From positions 64,001 through 128,000 of the forward strand of contig CAZALK010000015.1 of assembly GCA_964486045.1 (NCBI GenBank): DNA of 64,000 nucleotides. Direction: 5' to 3'. The DNA is from an uncultured archaeon. Its GTDB lineage: Archaea > Asgardarchaeota > Lokiarchaeia > Sigyniarchaeales > SOKP01. Below, one piece after another: positions 40,890 to 51,419 of this stretch. A program made the translations under genes and the position numbers. The notes under the pieces are model-generated. The model saw only the letters and a list, made by a program, of their open reading frames with translations, ran no database searches and was not told the origin of the DNA. The number at the start of each line of letters is the position of its first letter. The first letter of the stretch is position 1.

Positions 40890-41019
40890 ATTTATTAAAT
40901 TATCTAAATTGATAATTGAATAATAAAATTTTAAATTATTATCTTAATTAAATAAAAACATACTATTTAATTCAATATTATTATAATTCTTAAATTAATT
41001 AACAGGGAGTTAGATAAAA

Positions 41020-41412
41020 ATGGCTAAGTGGTTAACTAAAACACATCAATGGTTTGATGACGCAACAAAAATGGTTGGAATTACTCCTTATGCTGCAGAG
41101 CAACTGGGAGAAATTAGTTTTGTTGATGTAGAAGGCCTAGAAGGGGCTGAACTCGCCCAAGTAACAATGGATGGGGATGAACCAACAAGTGATCCTATAG
41201 ATTGCACCGTCGAATCAAGTAAGGCAGTAGGCGACATTTATTCACCCGTCAGTGGATCAGTGATAGAAATTAATTCGGATTTGATGGATGAGCCAGAAAA
41301 AATTAACGAAGACGCTTTTGCAGCGTGGCTTTTTAAAATTGAACCATCAAATTGGGACACTGAAAAAGGTAATTTGATCGATGAGGCAGCTTATAACGCA
41401 TTTGTAGAGTAG
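41020..41412 (+). CDS. gcvH: Glycine cleavage H / lipoyl carrier protein
   Basis: VGITPYAAEQLGEI, VESSKAVGDIYSPVSG, PEKINED. Confidence 0.93.
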   Translation: MAKWLTKTHQWFDDATKMVGITPYAAEQLGEISFVDVEGLEGAELAQVTMDGDEPTSDPIDCTVESSKAVGDIYSPVSGSVIEINSDLMDEPEKINEDAFAAWLFKIEPSNWDTEKGNLIDEAAYNAFVE

Positions 41413-41475
41413 TATAAATAATTCATATTCTTATTTTCAAAATTACTTTTCTTTTTTTCTTTTAGGGAGACTTTA

Positions 41476-42618
41476 ATGGGAATCTTTAAATTTACATTAG
41501 GTTTAATTATAAATCCTATATCTGGTATGGGGGGTTCTGTAGGCTTAAAAGGAACAGATGGTCGAGATATACTACTAAAAGCTGTTAGCCTTGGAGCTAA
41601 ACCAAGTGCATTTAAACGAGCGAAAAATTTATTAAAGGAATTGGAACCTTTTGAATCAAAAATAAAATTTTTGACATGTCCTGGAATCATGGGTGAAGAT
41701 ACTATGAATGAATATAATTTTGAATTTGCATGTATTAACCACTCAAATTTCACTAATATAACTAGTATATTAGATCTCAATCCAGAACATACAAAGATTG
41801 CTGCTGGAATAATGAAGGATGTTGAAGACTTGAAAATAATATTATTCGTTGGAGGCGATGGTACTGCTCGAGATATAGTTAAAGTAATTGGAAAAAAAAA
41901 GCCATGTTTGGGCATCCCCGCGGGAGTAAAAATTTACTCTAGTGTTTTTTCAATAAACCCAAGGATGGCAGGTTCCATTATTCTGCAGTTCTTATTAGGT
42001 GAAATTCCACTGAAGGAATCAGAAGTTTTAGATATTGATGAAAAAAAATATAGGAATGGAGAATTGGTTACAAGGCTATATGGATCCTTGCTTATACCTT
42101 TTAGTCCAGATTATACACAACCATCTAAAATTGGCTCTCCAAAGTCTGATTTAAGCAACCAAGAGCGAATAGCAAAACGAATAATTGAATTGTTTCAAGA
42201 TAACACTTATTATCTTATAGGACCAGGAACGACAACAAAAACAATAGCTGATAAGTTGAAACAGCCCAAGACAGTTTTAGGTGTTGATTTATGCTTAAAT
42301 CATAGAATAATTGCTCAAGATTTAAATGAACACCAAATTTTAAACCATATAGAAGGAAGAAAAGTTAAAATTATTATATCACCTATTGGAAACCAAGGTT
42401 TTTTATTTGGAAGAGGAAATTTACAATTTACACCCCAGTTGCTCAGAAAAATTGGTCCTAAAAACATTATTATAATCTCAACTCAGTTTAAACTACAAAA
42501 TATCCAACATCAGATCCTAAGATTAGATACTCGAGATCCTGAATTAGATAAAAAATTAAGAGGATATTATAAAGTACATATAGATTATAATGAGCTACAA
42601 ATTTGTTGGGTAAATTAA
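41476..42618 (+). CDS. ATP-NAD kinase-family protein
   Basis: NPISGMGGSVGLKGTDG, GGDGTARD, GIPAGVKIYS, GFLFGRGN. Confidence 0.88.
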   Translation: MGIFKFTLGLIINPISGMGGSVGLKGTDGRDILLKAVSLGAKPSAFKRAKNLLKELEPFESKIKFLTCPGIMGEDTMNEYNFEFACINHSNFTNITSILDLNPEHTKIAAGIMKDVEDLKIILFVGGDGTARDIVKVIGKKKPCLGIPAGVKIYSSVFSINPRMAGSIILQFLLGEIPLKESEVLDIDEKKYRNGELVTRLYGSLLIPFSPDYTQPSKIGSPKSDLSNQERIAKRIIELFQDNTYYLIGPGTTTKTIADKLKQPKTVLGVDLCLNHRIIAQDLNEHQILNHIEGRKVKIIISPIGNQGFLFGRGNLQFTPQLLRKIGPKNIIIISTQFKLQNIQHQILRLDTRDPELDKKLRGYYKVHIDYNELQICWVN

Positions 42619-42637
42619 CTTAAAAATTACTTATTAT

Positions 42638-43165
42638 TTATTGAGTTAGAACTCCTGTTTTTACTGCAATAATGTATTGGAGAGCAATAAATGTTATAAT
42701 TATCATTAATATACCAATAGTCATAATCGATGCAGCTGTTTTTCGGTTATAAACATACTTTGATGCTTGATACAGAAATATAAACCCAACGGAGCTTAAT
42801 AAAATTAATATTGAAGCAACAATACTCTCAATTATAAATGCTTCATTAATACTAGTAAATATAAAAATTGGGTCTCCCTGTTGAGTTGCTCCTAATGCTG
42901 GAGGTTCTCTAACAAGTAAATATGCAATCCCAGTTTGAAGAACAAATAAAATCGCGAATATCGTTATTACACTCAATGTTCTTGATGGCATAGGTAGTGA
43001 TAATCTCGGTAATCTTAATGTTGGAAAACTAATTTTAGGTTTTCTTAAAGTGTTTCCAAGGATCCATGGTGTTTTATCTTTGAATTTCTCTAAAATAGTC
43101 TCAGAACCGATGACTTCTACTTTTTTGTATTCCTCTTTATTCGGTGGTTGTTTTTGCATATTCAA
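42638..43165 (-). CDS. OSTC/DC2 (OST3/OST6 membrane domain)-like oligosaccharyltransferase subunit
   Basis: LPMPS, GIAYLLVREPPALG, FIIESIVAS...GFIFL; three TMs. Confidence 0.7.
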   Translation of the reverse strand: MNMQKQPPNKEEYKKVEVIGSETILEKFKDKTPWILGNTLRKPKISFPTLRLPRLSLPMPSRTLSVITIFAILFVLQTGIAYLLVREPPALGATQQGDPIFIFTSINEAFIIESIVASILILLSSVGFIFLYQASKYVYNRKTAASIMTIGILMIIITFIALQYIIAVKTGVLTQ

Positions 43166-43231
43166 CGATAATGAATTATTAAGGACAATATAATAATTTT
43201 TTCAAATAATTTTATGCTATAACTTATTATT

Positions 43232-44739
43232 TTAACATAATTTGCCTAATAGAGTTATCAATAAATCCCAAATTTTTTCAACGGATTGTACCGATATTCG
43301 TTCATCGGGTGAGTGAGCACCAATATTTTTCGGACCTATCGAAATCATCTCCATATTAGGGTATTTTTGCTTTAAAATTCCACATTCCAGGCCAGCATGT
43401 ATTACTTTAACTTGAATTGCCTTTTTAAAAAGTTCTTCATAGATATCTTTAGTTAAAGCTAAAATTTTAGAGTTAAAGTCAGGAGTCCATCCTGGGTAAT
43501 CGGTGTCAATTATGATCTCATTTACCAGACCAGTTAATTCGAATAAAGATTTAAGTTTTTCCCAGTTTGCGATTTTCTGATATTTGCTCAGACTTCTCTG
43601 ACTAACTTTTATAATAATTTTCTCTATTTCAGTTTTTATTACAGCTAAATTGGATGATGTAAAGACTAATCCTTTAATTTGTGGATGCATTGAAATTGGG
43701 CCATTTGGTATAGTATACAAAATGTTTAGGATGCCATCTTGAATTTTTTTGGTGAATACCTTTGAATTGTCAAAGTTTTTTAATTTTTCAACCGAGATTT
43801 TAAAACCAGGTTCATTACTATCAAAAATTACATTGATATTTAGAAAAAGTGCTTTAATTAATTCTTCCACCTGTCTAAATTCAGCATCCTTAATAAAGAA
43901 TATGGCACTGGCTTCTCTTGGTATCGCATTTGTTCTATTACCACCGTTGATAGAGTTAATTTTTATTTTGTATTGTTTATTTAACTTCCAGAGCATTTGT
44001 CCAATGAGTTTTAGCGCATTTCCTCGCCCTAGATGAATATCTACTCCTGAGTGTCCTCCTAACAAGCCAGAAACAAAATTTTGACTGGAATTAGATCTGC
44101 TTCCTTGTTTATTTCATAATTTTCATTTTTAATGCTAATTAAACTCACTCTTCCCCCAGCACAACCAATGGTAACAGCATCCTCATCTTCAGCATCAAGG
44201 TTGATAAGAAAGTTTCCGTTGATTAGATCCCTATCAATTTTGAATGCTCCTCTTAGCCCCAGTTCTTCATCAACAGTAAATAATAAATCAAATCCGAGTG
44301 ATCCAAAGTTTAATTCCCTATTCTGAATCTTTTGCATAATTGTTAATAGATAGCAAATCCCAACTCCATTATCTGCCCCTAATGTAGTTCCTTCAGCTGA
44401 AATCCATTTTTCATTATTCATCTCTAGAATTTTAAGTTTTAAAGGATCTTTAGAAAAGTCATGAGAAACTCCCTCATTTTTCTCACATACCATATCAATA
44501 TGGCATTGTAATACTGCTTTTTGTTCTTGTTTTTGATTTGACGGAATTCTAACTACAAGATTTCCCGTAATATCAACCTTAGTTTTAAAACCCAATCTTT
44601 CAGCTTCTTCCTTTATGTAAATTCTTACCTTTTCCTCATGTTCTGAGCACCGAGGGATTTTAGTAATTTGCTCGAAATATTCCCAAAATTCAGATAGTTG
44701 TCCTAAATCAATCAATTTTGACAAAAATATCCCTACCAA
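43232..44739 (-). pseudogene. pepD: PepD-type M20C aminoacyl-histidine dipeptidase split by a 1-nt frameshift near 44078
   Basis: N-half LQCHIDMVCEK, TTLGADNG, TVDEE; C-half GGHSG.DIH, NAIPRE, IHAGLECG, HSPDE; one extra T in AAAATTTTG restores KIFVSGLLGGHSG. Confidence 0.85.
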
Positions 44740-44820
44740 TCAAAATATATATATTAATTATTTTATAATAATTATAAATTAACACTAAATTCCTTTTAAT
44801 ATTATTTATAGGCTGAACAA

Positions 44821-45930
44821 ATGAGTTTAAAAGACATATATTCAGAAGTAAAGAAACGTAAAATGGAGGCGTTAAATAAAAAAGACGTTGTGCAAGCGGT
44901 TGAAAAACATGGGAAAATTCTTGCTGTAAATGGAAGATATGAAAAACCTAAAAAAATAATTGAACACATGTATGCATCAATGAAGAAAGTTTTAAAAGAA
45001 AAAGAATTTATGAAGGAGAATCTGGCACAATATGACGTAATCTTGATAGGGTGCCCTGGCAGTGACATTCCGAATGCCTCCCATCCAAAAGTAAAAGATT
45101 TTGTAATGAATGGGGGATGGTTAATAACTACAGATTGGGCACTAAAAAGTATTATTGAAACAATTTTCCCCGGATACATTAGGTGGAACGGAGCAAAAAC
45201 TGCCGATGCAGTAGTTCCCTGCCAAGTTCTACAACCAGATCACCCCTTTTTAGACGGTGTTTTAAGTGAAATTCAGCAAAGTAAATGGCAGAAGCAAACA
45301 GCTAAAAGTACAAAAAAAAAGGAATTTCGTTGGTGGCTTGAGATAAGGTCTTTCCCTATCCAAGTTATTAATCAAGAAGCTGTTAGGGTATTGATTAATT
45401 CTTGGGAACTCCAAAATAAATGGGGAGAATCCCCTGTGCTCGTTGAATTTGATTATGGAAAAATGGGAGGACGAATAATTCACATGATTAGTCATACACA
45501 TCTACAAAAAGGTGGAGCTAAAGGCAAATATGCTTCTGCTTTAATTCTTACAAATATTTTAGATGAAAAGATATCTCAAAAGATGGGGATTTCAAAAACT
45601 CAACCTCAAGGATACGTGTCTGATTGGGAAACAGCTCAACCTCACAATCAAAAACAATATTCTCAACCAACTCCGCAAACAAATTATATAACTCCAACAG
45701 TTGATGGGGGCGGATTAACAGGCACATCGCAAATTATTGAATTAGATGAAAATAATACTAGTTCTTTTTCTTATACAAACAAATGTGTCTATTGTAGCTA
45801 CGATTTTGTTGAACAACTGGGGAAAATTTATATTTGCAAGGAATGTAATGCCCTGTATCACGAAAGTTGCATAAATATGCAAATAAATGAGGGAATCTGT
45901 AAAAAATGTAGTAGAATACTACTATGGTAA
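44821..45930 (+). CDS. Hypothetical protein: GATase-like alpha/beta domain, Q/P/T linker, C-terminal C4HC3 RING/PHD-like finger
   Basis: YDVILIGCPG, FVMNGGWLITTDWA; CVYC..CKEC..HESC..CKKC. Confidence 0.65.
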   Translation: MSLKDIYSEVKKRKMEALNKKDVVQAVEKHGKILAVNGRYEKPKKIIEHMYASMKKVLKEKEFMKENLAQYDVILIGCPGSDIPNASHPKVKDFVMNGGWLITTDWALKSIIETIFPGYIRWNGAKTADAVVPCQVLQPDHPFLDGVLSEIQQSKWQKQTAKSTKKKEFRWWLEIRSFPIQVINQEAVRVLINSWELQNKWGESPVLVEFDYGKMGGRIIHMISHTHLQKGGAKGKYASALILTNILDEKISQKMGISKTQPQGYVSDWETAQPHNQKQYSQPTPQTNYITPTVDGGGLTGTSQIIELDENNTSSFSYTNKCVYCSYDFVEQLGKIYICKECNALYHESCINMQINEGICKKCSRILLW

Positions 45931-45986
45931 ATTTAAAATAAATAAGAAAAAATAAAAAAACAAAAAAGATTAACTTGTTCTGAAGT

Positions 45987-46184
45987 TTAATTCTCAACTA
46001 TTTCTATGGCTTCATCAGCACATTGGGTTTCACAAGCCCTACAACCCACACAGTCTTCACGATTTTCATCGATAACATTTACCTTCCCACCTTCAGGTTC
46101 TCCAAAACATTCACTAGGGCAAACTTCATAACAAGTACCACACCCTGTACATGCATCCTGGTCGATCTTTATTTCAAAATCCAT
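45987..46184 (-). CDS. 2x[4Fe-4S] ferredoxin
   Basis: CTGCGTCYEVCP and CVGCRACETQC. Confidence 0.93.
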   Translation of the reverse strand: MDFEIKIDQDACTGCGTCYEVCPSECFGEPEGGKVNVIDENREDCVGCRACETQCADEAIEIVEN

Positions 46185-46381
46185 CTTTCAACAAAACTCT
46201 TATTAATTCTTGATTTATATCCATTAATTCTATTTGTTGAAATTAAGTAAAAGATATAAAGTTCTTTTTTATTTATGATACAAGGCTTTACTGAAGAACT
46301 TATAAAAAAAAAGAAAAAATAAATTGTAATTTTGGATGAATACGAGGTAAAATAGATTAAAAAAAATCCCAATGATATTAT

Positions 46382-46579
46382 TTATTTCTCAATAATTTCG
46401 ATTGCCTCATTTGGGCATTGAGATTCACAGGCTCTACATCCAGAGCAATCTTCAGCATTATCCTCATCTACATGACATTTTCCTCCATCCGGTTCAGTGA
46501 AACATTCACTTGGGCAAACTTCATAGCAAGTTCCATTTCCATCACATAGATCAGCATTGATTTTTATTTCAAAACTCAT
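46382..46579 (-). CDS. Ferredoxin, tandem paralogue (first site CxxNxxC)
   Basis: CDGNGTCYEVCP and CSGCRACESQCP. Confidence 0.92.
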   Translation of the reverse strand: MSFEIKINADLCDGNGTCYEVCPSECFTEPDGGKCHVDEDNAEDCSGCRACESQCPNEAIEIIEK

Positions 46580-46827
46580 GATTAATAGTCACTTTTTTCT
46601 TTTCTTAACCGACAAAATTTCGATAATAGATAATTTTTCAAATATTCCAAATTATATAAAAATTACAGCTTCGTTTTTATTAAATAATAGTATCCATATA
46701 AACCTTTAAACTAAATATTGAAAAAATAAGTATGACATGCTCTAATTGAAAATAAAGATCGATCCACCTGAAAAAAGAAACTGAATTAACAATTCCCCAC
46801 TTAAATTTAAATATTTAAATAAAAAAG

Positions 46828-47292
46828 TTGAATAAATTAAACTGTATTATGCTTGACCGAAAATTTATTAGTTATGAATTTGCCCCTAGTGAAATGGTAT
46901 TAAGCAGATGGAAACTAACTCAATTTGCGAATGCAATACGAGATTTTAACCCAATATATTATGATTTAAATGAAGCTAAAAACCAGGGATTTAAAGACAT
47001 CCCTGTTCCTCCAACATTTTATACTAAAATGACATATTCTGGAGAGAAAAATTTTTATGCGACCTTAGGTATCGATTTTAAAAAGCTGTTAGACGGTGGA
47101 AGAGAATTTAGATATTATTCTCAATCTTTTGCTGGAGATACATTAGTATATCAAACTAAAGTAGAAAATATTGTTGAAAAGGAAGGTAATCGAGGGAAAA
47201 TGGATATATTAACAGCCGTATATAGTGGTAAAAATAAGGATACAGATGAAAAGGTTTTTGATGCTATTATCACTCTAATCGTTTTCCATTAA
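46828..47292 (+). CDS. MaoC-like dehydratase, HadA-type subunit
   Basis: FANAIRDFNPIY, VPPTF, LLDGGREF; ATG at 46849 likely. Confidence 0.85.
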   Translation: MNKLNCIMLDRKFISYEFAPSEMVLSRWKLTQFANAIRDFNPIYYDLNEAKNQGFKDIPVPPTFYTKMTYSGEKNFYATLGIDFKKLLDGGREFRYYSQSFAGDTLVYQTKVENIVEKEGNRGKMDILTAVYSGKNKDTDEKVFDAIITLIVFH

Positions 47293-47327
47293 AGTTTATT
47301 TATTAAAAAAAGAATCGAGAAAATAAT

Positions 47328-47768
47328 TTGTCTGTCAAAAAATTAGATTTTAAAGAGTTAACAGAAGGGTTGGAGCTCCCTGAAGGGAAAACTAACCCAA
47401 TTACACGAGTACAATTAGTTGACTATGCTTCAGCTTCAGGTGACTATAATTTGTTACATTATGATAAATCTTTTGCTAAAGAAACTGGTTTAAACGGATG
47501 TATTGCACATGGAATGCTTCAGGCAGGTATGATTTCTTCTTATATTCTAAATTGGGCTAAGGGTGGGATTATGAGAAATTTTAAAATCCGGTTTTCAGAT
47601 GTCGTTAATGAAAATGATATTCTCACTTTCAAGGGTAAAATCGTGAAAAAATATCAAGAAAATGGTGAGAATTTAATTGAAATAAGCGTGGTGAGTGAAA
47701 CCCAAGAAAAACGGGTTACATCTCAAGGATCTGCTGTAATAACTTTTATTTTGCCTAGAGAAAATTGA
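47328..47768 (+). CDS. MaoC-family (R)-specific enoyl-CoA hydratase, catalytic subunit
   Basis: YASASGDYNLLHYD...IAHGM hydratase-2 motif. Confidence 0.9.
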   Translation: MSVKKLDFKELTEGLELPEGKTNPITRVQLVDYASASGDYNLLHYDKSFAKETGLNGCIAHGMLQAGMISSYILNWAKGGIMRNFKIRFSDVVNENDILTFKGKIVKKYQENGENLIEISVVSETQEKRVTSQGSAVITFILPREN

Positions 47769-47821
47769 ATTGTTTAGTGGATTAAATTTCAAATAAAAAA
47801 AATAAGAATTAAAATTTTTAT

Positions 47822-48136
47822 TTATTCAGCCTCTTCCTCGGCAGCTAACTCTTCTTCAAGCTCCTCTAAGGGAACTGGAGCTGGGGTAGTTAACATGCTG
47901 TAACCAATCCAAATGGCGATAATGGATATAAGAACCACCAAAAGCCAGATCGGGAGGACGGTGAAAAGCTTCCAATCGAGCCAATCAATACCAAATATCC
48001 TTGACCAGGAATCCCAACTAGGATTAGCCCATATGGTATCGAAGAGTAGATCGAGAATTGAACCCATTGTGTAAATCACTGCTATTGCAATCCCAATTAT
48101 AATAACAAGGGCGCCAATAACTTTATCTTTAGCCAT
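47822..48136 (-). CDS. Two-TM archaeal membrane protein, possibly DPM2-like
   Basis: DKVIG...IYT; LP...WIGYSMLTTPAP; acidic tail. Confidence 0.6.
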   Translation of the reverse strand: MAKDKVIGALVIIIGIAIAVIYTMGSILDLLFDTIWANPSWDSWSRIFGIDWLDWKLFTVLPIWLLVVLISIIAIWIGYSMLTTPAPVPLEELEEELAAEEEAE

Positions 48137-48344
48137 ATTTAAAACCTTTGAAAACTGCTTTCTTATTATATTTGATGATTTTAGTTAAAATTGTTATTTG
48201 CTTATATTATTTTTAAAAAGTGATTTAATTAAAACCATTCGATCAAATATTATATGATCGTAAATAAAATATGTAGATCATCCACATATAAACCATATAG
48301 AATTATAATATTTCACAATTGAATCCTAATTATGTGTTTAAGTT

Positions 48345-49307
48345 ATGAATAAAAAACCTTCTTATGTAATAATAATTGGTTCTAGTAATATGGATCTAAA
48401 TATCTATTCTGAGCGGTTTCCAGATATCGGTGAAACTATTACTGGAGGGATATATAAACAATTTTTAGGGGGTAAGGGTGCAAATCAGTCAGTTGCAGCT
48501 GTGAGATCAGGAGTAAAAACTGTGTTTATCGGAAAAATCGGAGAGGATTCTTTTGGAGATCAGATGGTTTCTAGCTTAACTAAAGAAGGGATAAATACTA
48601 GTTATGTAATTAGAGATGCTAATGAAAAAAGTGGTGTTGCTTTCATATTGATTAATAAAAAAGGGGAAAATAAGATAACTGTAGCTCCTGGGGCAAATTT
48701 TAAATTATCTGTAGAAGAAATAAAGTCTAATGCTGAAATTATAAAAAATTCCTACTGTTTAATTGTCCAAATGGAGATTCCTATGAAAACAATTAAAGAA
48801 ATATTTAACATAGCGGCAACAGGTAATGTTATTAAAATTCTTAATCCTACTCCGTTAAAGCCAATACCTCTTGAAATTCTAAAAAAAGTAGATATTTTAA
48901 TCCCTAATGAAGGAGAAATCTATCAGTTATACTCCTATTTAACAAAAAATGAGTTAAAAGAAGGAAGAAAGCAAAATATTGTGAAGGCATCAAAAATTCT
49001 AACTAAGTTGGGAATTAAATGTGTAATAACTACCTTAGGTAGTCGGGGAAGTATTATATATTTAGGTCCAGAAGATAAAGTTGTTGAAGTGCCCACACCA
49101 ATGATTAATGCTATTGATACTGTTGGAGCAGGAGATTGCTTTATTGGAGTATTTGCAAGTTTCTTGAGTAGAGGTGAGAAAATTGTAAACGCCGTGAAAT
49201 ATGCTACGATAGCTGCTTCCATTGCTGTTACAAGGAAGGGAGCTCAAAATTCAATGCCTTATTTAAATGAAATTAAAGAGAAAATAAAAGAATTAAATAT
49301 ATTATAG
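48345..49307 (+). CDS. rbsK: Ribokinase (PfkB family)
   Basis: GSSNMD, GGKGANQ, PNEGE, DTVGAGDCF. Confidence 0.93.
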   Translation: MNKKPSYVIIIGSSNMDLNIYSERFPDIGETITGGIYKQFLGGKGANQSVAAVRSGVKTVFIGKIGEDSFGDQMVSSLTKEGINTSYVIRDANEKSGVAFILINKKGENKITVAPGANFKLSVEEIKSNAEIIKNSYCLIVQMEIPMKTIKEIFNIAATGNVIKILNPTPLKPIPLEILKKVDILIPNEGEIYQLYSYLTKNELKEGRKQNIVKASKILTKLGIKCVITTLGSRGSIIYLGPEDKVVEVPTPMINAIDTVGAGDCFIGVFASFLSRGEKIVNAVKYATIAASIAVTRKGAQNSMPYLNEIKEKIKELNIL

Positions 49308-49327
49308 AATTTAAGGGAGATCTTGAT

Positions 49328-50002
49328 TTGATTAAAGAGATGGTTTCTTCTAAAAGAAGCACATTACTAAGGAAGAACAATTCGAGTGTACTATCAATGA
49401 CAATTAAATTTAACAAATTTCAAAATGTTTTCATTTTAAACGGCACTTCTTTTTTAATTGAAGAAATTCCTAACCAAGTTTCAACAATAAGACCAGAAAA
49501 CTACTATATGGTAATAAATAATGGTGATAGCTCAATTGAAATACAATACAATCAAGATATTTCTCGACATAAGTTAATCTATGATCCATATAAATTTGAA
49601 AATTCAAAAAAAATCAATCTTACACCAGAATTATTTGTAGATAAACACCAGATCCCTAAAAATTATATTGATACACTTCCAAAGTGGTATAGCTTCAAAT
49701 TTACTTATTCTGATTATAATTTGATTTTTATTCGTCCAGAATTTGGAATATCTATCCAAACTCACAAATATAGAAGCGAGTTTTGGGAAATTTTAGAAGG
49801 AAATCCTATAATAATTAGTGGAAATAAAGTGCATTATTTTGTAAAAAATGGGACTGAATTTAATCACCCAATGAATTCTTTCCATTCTGTTATCAACCCT
49901 AATAAAGAAATTGGTAAATTTGTAGTGATAAAAGAAAAATGGGAAGGGAAATTTGATGAAAGTGACATAACACGCATTTTTAACCCAAATCAATATCACT
50001 AA
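49328..50002 (+). CDS. Protein with C-terminal type II mannose-6-phosphate isomerase-like cupin
   Basis: ISIQTHKYRSEFWEILEG...HSVIN...ESDITR. Confidence 0.65.
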   Translation: MIKEMVSSKRSTLLRKNNSSVLSMTIKFNKFQNVFILNGTSFLIEEIPNQVSTIRPENYYMVINNGDSSIEIQYNQDISRHKLIYDPYKFENSKKINLTPELFVDKHQIPKNYIDTLPKWYSFKFTYSDYNLIFIRPEFGISIQTHKYRSEFWEILEGNPIIISGNKVHYFVKNGTEFNHPMNSFHSVINPNKEIGKFVVIKEKWEGKFDESDITRIFNPNQYH

Positions 50003-50221
50003 TTTTTTTTACGGTTTGAACAAACTAATCAAGATGCTTGCCCTAATTTGCGAATTTAAGATTCTGTGTGGAACAACATTTAAGACTTATAAGTTTTATG
50101 ATTTTCACCTACTTAAACTAAAAGTTAAAATTTAGGGCAACACTAAAATGCTTACCGTATGAATTTATATCAGAAAAAATTAACTGAATAATACTAAAGA
50201 ACTAAGCAGATTGGTTAAAAA

Positions 50222-50797
50222 ATGGCTCCGGATGAACAATTAAAGGAAGAAAAACCAGAAAAAGTAGAAGAAACATCTACTGGTGATTCAAAAAAAGAAT
50301 TAACTTCAGAGAAAACGGAAAAAACAGATATTAAATTAGATTCAGAAGAGGATTCCTCCAAAGAAGAGGAGTTAGATACAAAAAAAGAGCTAGATAGATT
50401 AAAATTTCATTACAGAGGATATACTCTTGAGGATCTCAAGAAAATGAATATGGATCAATTTATTCAATTGCTACCCGCAAGAGCAAGAAGGTCCTTAAAG
50501 AGAGGACTACCACCAAGACAGAAGAAATTGCTTGAACGTCTAAGGAGGGCTTACCGTGCTAAAAAGCGTGGAAAGGATCTGCTAACACGAACACATGTGC
50601 GTGATATGATTTGTTTCCCCGAGATGGTAGGACTTAAAATTGGAGTTTACAATGGAAAAACTTTTGTTGTCGTTGATATAAAACCTGAGATGATTGGTCA
50701 TTATCTCGGGGAGTTTTCATTAACGCGAAAACGCATTTCTCACGGTTCACCAGGAATAGGAGCCACTAGAAGTTCAAAATATGTTCCATTAAAGTAA
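50222..50797 (+). CDS. rps19: 30S ribosomal protein S19 (uS19) with acidic N-terminal extension
   Basis: [35 protein letters not shown]. Confidence 0.97.
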   Translation: MAPDEQLKEEKPEKVEETSTGDSKKELTSEKTEKTDIKLDSEEDSSKEEELDTKKELDRLKFHYRGYTLEDLKKMNMDQFIQLLPARARRSLKRGLPPRQKKLLERLRRAYRAKKRGKDLLTRTHVRDMICFPEMVGLKIGVYNGKTFVVVDIKPEMIGHYLGEFSLTRKRISHGSPGIGATRSSKYVPLK

Positions 50798-50825
50798 AAT
50801 AAATGAAAAAATGAGATGAAAATTT

Positions 50826-51305
50826 GTGCCGAACTGGGGTTATTCATTCATAGAACAAAAATTTAATACAGAAAGACTTGCAAAAGCATCTGGGAGGGAT
50901 CTAAGGATTAAACCCAAGCATGCGAGAGAGATTTGTGCTGTTATAAAGGGAATGCGAGTTGAACAAGCCAAAGAATTTCTTGAAAAAGTTATTCAACTAA
51001 AACAATCCGTACCTTTTAGACGTCATAAGAAAAAACTTGCTCACCGGAAAGATTTGAAGCAGTTTAAATGGTATGCTGGAAGATATCCTCAAAAATCAGC
51101 TGCCAGAATATATGAAGTTCTTTCAGCGGTAGAATCAAACGGAGAATATAAAGGATTGGATATTGAAATGTGTCGCATTATTCATGCTGCCGCGCATAGG
51201 GGGAGAATTGTCAAAAGATATATTGAACGCGCACGTGGTAGGTCAACCGCAAAATATAGAACTCTCACCCATGTAGAAATTGTTATCTATGAATTCCCAA
51301 GTTAA
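50826..51305 (+). CDS. rpl22: 50S ribosomal protein L22 (uL22)
   Basis: VPFRRH, GRYPQK, RARGR; GTG start. Confidence 0.97.
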   Translation: MPNWGYSFIEQKFNTERLAKASGRDLRIKPKHAREICAVIKGMRVEQAKEFLEKVIQLKQSVPFRRHKKKLAHRKDLKQFKWYAGRYPQKSAARIYEVLSAVESNGEYKGLDIEMCRIIHAAAHRGRIVKRYIERARGRSTAKYRTLTHVEIVIYEFPS

Positions 51306-51419
51306 TAAACCTAATCATCAACTATTTCAAGATAACATTTCCATCGTTTCCTAAAAGATTATTTTTAATGTCGTTATTAAGGTCATTTCTAATATTATAA
51401 CCCTATCGTTGGTGACTTA

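Noticed and set aside
43232-44739. Programmed ribosomal frameshift in pepD
   Set aside because: No canonical in-frame slippery heptamer or evident stimulator; a homopolymer indel is simpler
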